From Caecitellus pseudoparvulus (taxonomy: Eukaryota; Protista; Bigyra: Bicosoecida), in NCBI GenBank assembly GCA_965644315.1, contig CBFFRQ010000092.1, positions 77,782 through 141,781 of the forward strand: 64,000 nt of DNA, written 5' to 3'. The notes under the pieces are model-generated. The model saw only the letters and a program-made list of their open reading frames with translations, was not told the origin of the DNA and did not search any database. Both the position numbers and the translations under genes were made by a program. This document shows positions 53,834-63,300 of this stretch, one piece after another. Each line of letters starts with the position of its first letter. Position 1 is the stretch's first letter.

Positions 53834-55855
53834 TTTGTGGCTTCCTACCTCGTCAGCCGCACCGTGGAGGTGATGGCCCTGCGCTGCCTGGCGGATGGGC
53901 CCGGCGCCGCGGTGTGCGAGGGCAAGTACGCTCTGCTGCGTGTGGCCTTCAGCATCGTCCTGCCTGGCCTGTGGAGCCTGCTGTTCCTGACGACCTTCCG
54001 CTCCGCTGTTCTGCAGGACATGCTGGGGTCGGGCGGCATCGCACTGCTAGCAGTGCTGCTGGTGCCGTCTGACCTGGCCATCCCCCTGCTCCCCCCCAAG
54101 CTGTGGATGCCCCCCTTCTTCCTGCTCCTGTCCCTGTACGCTGGCGTCGTCATGCCGCTGTTTGCATACGCCCACGTGCTGTGGGGCGAGTCCAGCCGCG
54201 CCAACACCCTGAACCAGTTCCTGCGGTACATGTCCCACGAAGTGCGCGTGCCCGCCAACACGGCAGTGCTGGCAGTGGAGGAGGTACTGCTGGACCTGGA
54301 CGACGCGTCTGTCCCGCAGGCTGTCTGTGGCGCACGGGCCCCCGCCATGGAAGCAAAGACTGCCCTGCAGCACATGAAGACGCTGCTGGACCGCACGCTG
54401 GACCTGGCGCGGCTGGAGGCAGGGCATGTGTCCCTGCAGCTGGACGCCTTCCACTTGGCGACGCTGTGGAAGTCCGCGCATGCATCCGTGGCAGCCTCCT
54501 TCCGCACCTCTGGCGTGCGCCTGGACATGGCCGCCAGCGAGGAGGTGCTGGCACAGTGGGTGCGTGGAGACGCCCTGCGCCTGCAGCAGAGCCTGACCAA
54601 CATCCTGCACAACGGCTCCAAGTACACGCCTGCGGGGGGGTGGGTCAAGTGCTCGCTGCGCCTGGAGCCGGGCTCTGCCAGGCGTGATATTCAACGCCCC
54701 GGCTGGTGCTGGAGCAGGGGCACCGCCCAGCCCACGACGCCCTTGGCGACTCTGCAGGAAGGCCACGAAGGCCCTCTTCCGAAGTTGGTCGTGACGGTGC
54801 AGGACAGTGGGCGAGGCATGACGGCGGAGGAGGCTGACCGGCTGTTCACACCCTTTGCGCGCCTGCACTCGGCAGAGGAGGGCACGGGGCTGGGCCTGAA
54901 CATCGCCCGGCGAGCCATGCGTGCCCACGGCGGCGATGTGACCGTGCATAGTCCCGGTCTGGGCAAGGGCTGCACCTTTACCATTTCAGCAGTGGTGCGC
55001 AGCGTGCCGCCCAAGGCACAGGATGCCGCCGCGGTGCTCATCGACGACAGCATCACCACGGAGCCCAAGCTCCTGCACGGCTCCACAGGCAGCGGTGCTT
55101 CGGGTGACCCAGGGGAGGCCAAGCGAGTCCTGAGTGGCGAAGCGGCCCCAGGCTGGCGCCTGACCATGCCGTCAGCTGCGCCATCCCTGACGCCGCAAGT
55201 GCCGGGCGTGCCCGCTCACAGCGCCTCCACTCGGGAGCGTACAGTGTCGGCAGCATCGGGGTACAGCAGCGCCCCGTCCTCTGTGGCAGGGGAGGGCTGT
55301 GGCAGTTTGCGGGTGTTGGTGGTGGACGATGACGCCGCCACACGCCGCGTCCTGCGCCGCGTCCTGCAGCGCCACCCAGCCGTGCTGGCAGTGGCAGAGG
55401 CAGCTGACGGGCAGGCAGCAGTGCAGGCTGCTGGTGCTGAGGGTGGGGGCGGCACTCCGCACCTGATCACCATGGACAACTCCATGCCCATCATGACTGG
55501 CGTTGCGGCGACGGCCAAGCTGCGTGCGAGTGGGTTCACGGGGCGCATCGTGGGCATGACGGGCAACGCGCTCAAGAGGGACCAAGAGGAGTTCCTCGAA
55601 GCCGGCGCTGACATTGTGCTGACCAAGCCCATTGACAGGGACAGTGTCCGGGCACAGGTGACTGCCGCGTTGGCTCGGCACCCGGCCAGTGCGCCGGCAG
55701 CTGAGGTAACGGGGAGCGCGCAGACCGTCACTGTGCACATGCTGCCAGAGCCAGACCTGCAGCTTAGGCATGGGGCTGTGGCCCCTCTCGCCCGTCCCTG
55801 GCGCCCAGCAAGCGTCAAGCCTGGCGTTGTGAAAGCACCAGAGAGCAACGTGTGA
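53834..55855 (+). CDS. 3' part of hybrid histidine kinase (TM helices, HisKA, HATPase_c, receiver)
   Basis: H-box FLRYMSHEVRVP; N-box GDALRLQQSLTNILHNGSKYT; G1 VQDSGRGM; F-box LFTPF; G2 GTGLGLNIAR; REC VLVVDDD...ITMDNSMPIMTG...VGMTGNA...VLTKP. Confidence 0.92.
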   Translation, partial: FVASYLVSRTVEVMALRCLADGPGAAVCEGKYALLRVAFSIVLPGLWSLLFLTTFRSAVLQDMLGSGGIALLAVLLVPSDLAIPLLPPKLWMPPFFLLLSLYAGVVMPLFAYAHVLWGESSRANTLNQFLRYMSHEVRVPANTAVLAVEEVLLDLDDASVPQAVCGARAPAMEAKTALQHMKTLLDRTLDLARLEAGHVSLQLDAFHLATLWKSAHASVAASFRTSGVRLDMAASEEVLAQWVRGDALRLQQSLTNILHNGSKYTPAGGWVKCSLRLEPGSARRDIQRPGWCWSRGTAQPTTPLATLQEGHEGPLPKLVVTVQDSGRGMTAEEADRLFTPFARLHSAEEGTGLGLNIARRAMRAHGGDVTVHSPGLGKGCTFTISAVVRSVPPKAQDAAAVLIDDSITTEPKLLHGSTGSGASGDPGEAKRVLSGEAAPGWRLTMPSAAPSLTPQVPGVPAHSASTRERTVSAASGYSSAPSSVAGEGCGSLRVLVVDDDAATRRVLRRVLQRHPAVLAVAEAADGQAAVQAAGAEGGGGTPHLITMDNSMPIMTGVAATAKLRASGFTGRIVGMTGNALKRDQEEFLEAGADIVLTKPIDRDSVRAQVTAALARHPASAPAAEVTGSAQTVTVHMLPEPDLQLRHGAVAPLARPWRPASVKPGVVKAPESNV

Positions 55856-56021
55856 GCCGCCCCCTGGGCTTGTGACGGGGAGTGGCAAATGGAAAGCTGC
55901 CCTAAATGCATGCTGTCTTTGCCATGCTTTGTTTGCGTGGTGAGCTTGCTTTTTCTACCGTGCATGGTGGGGTCGGTGCTCTGGCACCGGAGCTGGGCAG
56001 GCGGACCAATTACCGCAAACA

Positions 56022-57139
56022 ATGGCTTCAGCTGTGGAGAGCGAGCCGGGGAAGGTGCTGGTGTGGGACTTTGACTGGAGCATGATCAACCACAACTGTG
56101 ACGTCTGGGTCCTGCACTACCTGGACGCCATGGAGGGTGCGTAGGCTGGGCAGACAGCAGGCAGACAACTTTGCCAGGCTTCACGCCCCTCCCCATTGCA
56201 GCTGGCAAACTGCCACCGAGGGAAGGTGCTTCGTCTAAGGCACCCGAAGAGCATGTGCTTGCGGTGCAGGCGGCAGTGTTGGAGCACGCTGCGGTGCTGG
56301 CGGAGGCAGGGCCCCCTCCGTCAGAGGCGTCTGTCAGCGACGTGCCGTTGACGCAGCTGCAGCGCATGTGGGGCCGCCAGGGGACGGGAGAGCCCCTTCA
56401 GCGCGACGGCACACGGGCACCGAGCCAGTGGACGGCGCTCATGCATGCGTTGTTGGCGGAGGCTGGGGCACGGGGGCACACGCTGGCCGACCTGCGTGCC
56501 GCCATGGCTGTCATCCCAGTATTCCCAGAAGCACTGGAGGCAGTGCGTTTCGCCGCTGGTGAGGGGGTCATGCAAGTCATTGTCTCCGATGCGAACGCGT
56601 TCTTCATTGACGCGTTCCTGGAAGCCCACGGGCTCGGCGAGTTCGTGCAGGAGGTGCACACCAACCCCGCCACGCCAACGCAGCAAGGCGGGCTGGCAGT
56701 GACGCCTCACCAGCCCAGCAAAACGCCACACGCCTGTGACACGCCGTGCCCTGTGAACCTGTGCAAAGGAGGCACCCTGGTGTCCCTGGTCCAGCGCCTC
56801 ATGGGCCGCTGGCCTGTGCCGCACATTGCGTACGTGGGCGACGGCCGGGGAGACACGTGTGCCGTGTGCCAGCTGCCTGCCACTGGACTGGCGTTGGTGC
56901 GGTCAGGGTACCCGCTGCAGCGCTGCCTGCAGAAGCTGGAGGAGGCGGGGAAGGGTGAAGCGGCCTGCAGCATGTGTGTGGCCGTCCCAGACCTGCACAG
57001 CGGCGACACGGAGACGCTGCGGTCTGTCACGCTGCGGAAAGGGTGTGCGGTGGCGCAAGTGTCGCTGTGGAGCGACGGCAAGTCCTTGCACAGCGGCATT
57101 GAGGGGTGGGTGAGGGGGGGTGCGCCCAGCCCTGAATAG
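56022..57139 (+). CDS. PHOSPHO1/PHOSPHO2-like HAD phosphatase (pyridoxal-phosphate/phosphoethanolamine type)
   Basis: Exon 1 VLVWDFDWSMINHNCD (motif I, absent from the ORF track); intron 56137-56201; IVSDANAFFI, VHTNP, CPVNLCKG, YVGDGRGD. Confidence 0.9.
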
Positions 57140-57319
57140 CGCCGCAGACGCGCAATTTGCACAGCACTGTGTGGCGCTTGCACACTGCAGACAAGCCGGC
57201 AGTGCTGGGCGCTGATCGGCAGCCTGTGTTTTGGCTTGCCGACTTGTGCTGCATAGGCCCGCTCTCGGCGGGGAGACACCTGACTGGACGTGCTGCCGGC
57301 GCCAAGCAAGCACCACGGC

Positions 57320-60300
57320 ATGAGCACGGCACCATCCCATGCTGCCAGCGGCACGCTGTCCTCAGGTGGCTATGAAGGCTTGCTCTCTGCCGCAGAAGTG
57401 AAGGCGGCAGCGGCAGAGGTGAGCCAGGATGAGGCGAGTCGCCTGCTTCGCGCTGCCAGGAAAGAGCACGTGGCCATGCTCATGCAAGATGTCGAAAAGG
57501 GTGGTGCAATGAAGCCTCGATCTGCGCACAGTGCCTCCCGGCGCCTGCAAGCTGCCACGCCTGTTGCCGGCGAAGGTCGCACTATGACGCCAGGCAGCGC
57601 CGCACACCAGACGCCTAGCCACGACAGCAGCGGCGCAGGGGGCAGCTCTGAGAGCGCCCTTTTCCGCAGTCGCCAGCTGGGCGCGCCAGGGCCGCGGCGA
57701 CGCTTTGAACGGGAGCAGTTGCCGCTGACCAGCCCCGACTTGCCGGCTGACCTGGCTCAGGACGCAGACGTGGAGGGCGTGCTGGCCGCCCTGCAGCCAC
57801 AGCTGAGCGCGCCGCTGGTGCAGGCAGGCATGGGCCTCCTGCTGCACATGCTGGAAGCTCTCAGACGTCTGCATGCCCCGGACTCGGAGTGCCTGGCCGC
57901 TCTGTCGCCGAGTGAGGGGGAGGGGCTGCTGCAGCGGCTGACTCCGCCCAAAGTGAAGGTGGCCGCTGAACGCGCCGCCTGGGCCAGCACACTGCAACTG
58001 CTGCAGGAGACACTCGCACGAGGCGCCTCCTTTCCGACCCAAGACCAGCCGCCCCTGCATGCCCTGTCCAGTGCCGAGCTGGTGCAGGCGTTGGATGCCG
58101 CCGCCTGGACCTGGCGCCGAGCCGTGCGGTGCGAGTGGCGCCTGCGTGTGTGGAGCGTGCTGCGGCGGCGCACGGGCCTCGTGCGGCGGTTTTTCTGGTG
58201 GGCCTTTGTGTGTGAGCAGATCTCCGTGCGCACCGCCGTCGCCGTGGCCCGGGCGCGAGAGGCGTCTGGACGTGACTACGGCATGTTGGACTGGCAGGCG
58301 GCGCTGGAGCACACGCTGGGCGCCTTTGTGTCACCCGGCGAGGGCGGTGCGCCGCCTGGCCCCGCCCAGCTCTTCGCCACGCTGTCGTCGCAGTACACAG
58401 CTGCCTTCCTGGCCACGACGCAGATCTCCACGGACATCACAGTGACGGGGGGCGGGCGTCTGGCCACTGGACTGGCCGTGTCAGGGGGCGCACACCGCAA
58501 CAGCAGCACCATCTCCACCGCCTCCGGCCTCAGGGACGACACCTTCCACGCCCTGCGTGCCTTGTTGGTGGAGAGTGCCATGGGCATGTTCACTCGGGCG
58601 TTCGCGGGCAGCCCCTCACTGGGCGTGGGGGGGCCGCTGCACCCGCCTGCTCTGCGTGTGCGCGTGGCAGGGCTGCTGGACCAGCTGACAGGGCAGGAGG
58701 GCAACCACAGCAACCTGGCCCTGGCGCCCCCTCCCTCCCACGACCAGCTCGCACTGCGGCCTTGGCGCTCCTCGCAGCAGCAGCGCTTCAACGATGTGCT
58801 GGCTCGCTGGCAGGTGTCGGAGGGTGCCGTGCAGGCCAAGCAGCGCCTGGCGGCAGCAGGAGCAGCCGGTGCAGCAGAGGACGTCGCCCACGAAACAGAG
58901 GCGCTGCTACAACGCGCCAGCAAAGCGTTGGCCGTGGACCCAGCCGGATCAGCGGGGGCGGAGGCGCGGTCTGCTCTGTTGGCGTCTGCGACGGCGGCGC
59001 TGGCGGACCCAGTGGGCCAGCCCCTCACAGTCGGCGGACGGCCTGTCTCCTCGGTCGCCCTGCGGCGAGTGCTGGCGTCCACCAACGTCGCGGCTCGCAT
59101 GGCGCTCATCATGCCCTCGGCACGGTCCCATATCAGCACAGGGCACATCGGCGGCCAGCCAGGCCCTGAGGCTGGCGACGTGCTGAGCGGGGATGAAGAG
59201 GGGGACGACGGGGCCAGCACTGTGTCGTGGAGCACGGTGGACACCGAGACCGAGCTGCAGCTGGGCTCCCCCCGCAAGGTGCAAGCCACCAAGCGGCGCA
59301 AAGCCCTGGAGGCACAGGCGGAGGCTGCTGCAGCCCTGGAAGCCACAGCAGCAACCCAAGTGCACGCCCTGGAGCCGGCTGTGACACACGGTGGGGTGCA
59401 TGGACACTCCCTGGCCCCTCACTTAGAGGGCGCTGGGGTGGAGGATGATGCGCAGCAGGTGCAGCGCCGGCGGCGAGTGCCACTGGCCCGCCGTAAGGTG
59501 GCCCCCAAGGCCTGGCCACCCCCCCTCGCAGAGGCTGTGCTGGAGGAGGAGCAGCGCCTGCGCTTCTCGCAGCGCCACAAGGCGCAGCCACGCCAACCGG
59601 TTGTGCTCATGCCCCACGGCCAACGCACGCGACTGGGCGCATCCCCTGCGCTGCGGCAGCACTTGGCGCAGGGAGGGGGCGGGGCGGGGCACTCCCGGGC
59701 GCAGCAGCGAGCTGCGCGCACCGCCTCTGGGGCAGCCCACCGGGCAGCGGTGACCACCCCCCTCATGCGCATGGTGCCAGTGGCGGCGTGGAGCCCCCCT
59801 ACCCCCCGCACGATGGAGGGGCTGTTCCAGACTGCCCGGGGTCTGCCCCCAGACCAAGTCATGCGGTCGCTGCTAAACCCTGACCCAGCTGGTGTGCAGG
59901 GCGTCGTGAGTGCCTCTGACCAGGTGGTGTCCAGTGGCACAGTGTCGTTGAGGCACGATGCGCGGGCAGCCACGCCAGGCGCTGCGCCACACCCCCTCTT
60001 CCTCCCCAACGTGATGCCCCGGGCCAAGACTGCACCTGCCGGCTCCCATGGGCGATCCGCTGACCTGGCCAGGTGGTGGGGACACCAGCCCCCCAGCGTG
60101 GACGGGCAGGGCCCCGCTGAGGCCTCCAAGGCCTCCCGCTTCGCGCAGCAGGCGGCGGCTGCTGCAGAGTGGGGGCTGCAGCACCCCTTCTCCTTCCCTG
60201 CTGCCACGACAGAGGCCGCCCTTATGTTTGGCGTGGCCTCTGCGGGGGGGCTGGGTGGTGCCGTGCTGCAAGCCGTTGCGCTGGCCGGGCAAGAAGAGCA

Positions 60301-63300
60301 AGGCGCCGAAACCGCCCCTCCCGCCACACCTGCCATGCGCGAGCGGCCCAAACGCAAGTCAGGGCCATCTCCACAGACCCCCCCTGAAGATGACCTACAG
60401 CCCGATGCGAAGGTGTTCGTCGCAGACACCGCTCCACAAGCACCCTCCGCCGTGCTTGGCCTGGCGCCCGTCGCATCTGACGGCTGGCTGCCTGGCGTGC
60501 CTGTGCGCGGGAAGGGTGCACCTCTGGTGGTGGGTGGAGCAGCGCAGGGCGGGCCTACTGCCCCCGGCACTGCTTCGCCTGAAGACGGCACGCCTGCTTC
60601 CGAGCAGGATATAGCAGCAAGTGGACAAGTCGTGTCCCAGCCGCCAGGGCGCCCTGCCAGCTCCGACGCCGGCGATTTCTTCCTGACTGCCGTGGCAGAA
60701 GCGGAGCCCCGCGCTGAGGAGGATGCGCCAAGGGCAAGTGCAGCCCTGCTGCCGGCATCAGTGCCCACCCTGCACAGCCCAGTGCGCAACGCCGTGTGGC
60801 GCAACATCTCCAACAAGGCACGGCTGTCGGTGGCCAAGCAGCAAGCCCTGGCGGCTCGCCTCATGGAGGGCAGCGGCGACAAACCGGGCATGCGCGTGGA
60901 AGGGCAGGGGCCGGCGCTGGGGTATGCCCTTGCAGCTAGCTCCCTGGCCAGCACGCGGCAGGCACGCCAGTCCAACCAGGCGCTGGGCAGCAGTGCTGCG
61001 GCGCGGGTCATCACAGCCAACCGCCCAGACATCGTTGGGCGCCCGCTGCTGCCCGGCGAGCACACTGTGGGGATGTCTGCGGCGCTGGCGGCGACGCCGT
61101 CCACTGGGGACAAGGCCCAGCTCCTGCGCAGCGTTGCGTTGAAGCGCCACGCCGACTTGAAGGCCAAGGTCCGCGCATTCACGACGACGGCAAGGGAGTC
61201 CCGCGCGCAAGTACGTCGCGAGCTGCGTGACATGCGACGCTTGCACCGGGCGCTGTCGCGCAGCAAGCACGCCCAGACGCTGGTGCGCCAGCTGGTCGCC
61301 ATGCGAGCTGCCGACTTCGAGGCCATCTCCGCCAAAGCCAGCGCTGGCGGGGCGGCCGATGTGCCTGGGGCACACAGTCGCAGTCGGGCGGCGCAGCGGC
61401 GAGCTCGCCAGGCGGCACAGGCTGGGCAGTGGTCGGGCAGCACACCGCTGGGGCGCCAGGCGCGGGAAGCGGCGGTGGCGGCGGCACACCGCCACGCCAA
61501 GCCCGAAGTGGACAAGGCGGAAGCCCACGCGGCATTCATCGCGATGCTGTCCCAGCTGCGGCGAGAGGTGGCCACGGCGGAAGGGGGTGTGCGCGAGGAA
61601 GAGCTGCAGGATGCCGCCCTGCTGCGGGCACTGGTGGAGGCGGCCGCTGCCCAGCGCCCCGAGGCCGCCTCCCCTGCGACGTCCTTTCCCAGTGGTCGGC
61701 GTGGGGAGGTGCGCATGCTGTCTGAGGCGCTGGTGCTGGAAGCGTGGCAGGCCCAGGAGGAGGGGGAGGTGGAGGAGCAGAAGAAGGGGGGGGACGTGGA
61801 GGATGCCGCAGTCGGGGAGACGCTGGTGCCACCAACTAGCTGGCAGGCCGCGGGGGATGGAAGCGCCTTTTCGCAGGGCATTTTCCAGAAGGGGGGCAAA
61901 GCAAAGGATGCGGCTGGGGACAAGTACGGCACCATGCGGGTGGTGGAGGAGGGCGATGAGACCATCGAGGCCCCTGGACAGCAGGTGCGGGGGCCCCTGC
62001 TGAGCCTCCTAGGGTACGACCACACACATCGCCGAGGCCGCCTCGAGGAGCCCGATGCCGTTGCCGGTGCAATTGCGGCACGGGCAGCGACCTATGCACA
62101 GCAGCAGGCGGCAGCGCCTGTCGAACCCCAAGGTGCCACCGCCCCACCCTCACCCCGCACACCCACTCGCGCCTCCACTTCTCCCACTGCCGCCGACGTG
62201 GGGTTGGACACAGAGGCGGCTTCCGCCATTGAGAGGACACTATCAGGTCAGTCGCGTGCGTCCGATCACAAGGGCTTTCGTGGCTTGGGCAAGCCACCTG
62301 GAGTGTCTGGTAATCCGCGTGCCGGCATGTCGGACTTTGACAAGCGTGTGGACAGGGCACTGGACCCCCATGCAGCTCACTGTGTGTCACCTGTGGCGGC
62401 GGCCGTCGCGGCACTGGAGCACCGAGATGTGCTGCAAGACCTCCTGCGGCCATTCCCCGGACAGGGCTGGACCCAGGACGACTTGCACACGTTCACAGGC
62501 AGCAGGGCAGGGCGCTCTGGGTTGGCGGGGTTCGCCGCCCAGTCCGGCGTCGTAGCACAACTGCAGTCCATGCGGGGGGGCAGTGCTCACTCCCAGCGCA
62601 GCGGCACGTCAGCGGAAGCTTCCGTCCTGGGCGTGTCGCCAGACGAGCTGCAGCGTGCTGCCCAGGTGAAGGGGCATGCGCTGGACACGGAGCAGGACTA
62701 CCTGGACCGTGTGGGCCGCCTGGCGCTGCGGGTGCATGAGCTGCACAGGAGAGAGGTGGAGGAAGCGGCGGAAGCCAGGGCCAAGGTGGCGGCGCAGCGG
62801 GGGCGCCGGGCGCGGGAGCGCACGGAACGGTCCCGCGCGCGGCAGCTGGCTGCCTCCACCTCCCTGCCAGCCTTGCCCAGCTCCACGACGGGGCAGAAGC
62901 AGCCAGCCTCCTCACCCCTGGCCCGCGCCACCTCCCATGCCACTCGCATGCAGGTGGGCGCGTCGAAACTGGCGTACTCCACCCGTCGCAGCGAACGGCT
63001 GGATTCGGCGGGGGACAGCGACGGCGGTGTCGCGGCAGAGTTGTCGTTTGCCTCAGACAGCGACGACAGCTTGGAGGAATGGGAGGCGAGGCGGGTCAAG
63101 GAGCACGCTCAGCCCGTGCGGCGTCTGCAACGTGCGGCACGACACCAGAAACGCCGCGCCATCGAGAGCAACCCCGCCATCATGAGTGCCGTGCGGTCCC
63201 AGAAGCGTCAGGCGGCGCTGCGAGATGCTCGCCTGCAGAGCATGCGACAGCGCCACGCTCGCAGCGCACAGCTGACGGCCAGTGCCTTGGAAAGCACAGA

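Noticed and set aside
48648-54210. Histidine-kinase rhodopsin
   Set aside because: No helix-7 DxxxK retinal-binding motif or other opsin signature.
53834-55855. Bacterial contamination or a transposon-carried two-component gene
   Set aside because: The kinase lies outside the TIRs, has host-like GC and codon usage, and is flanked by intron-containing eukaryotic genes.
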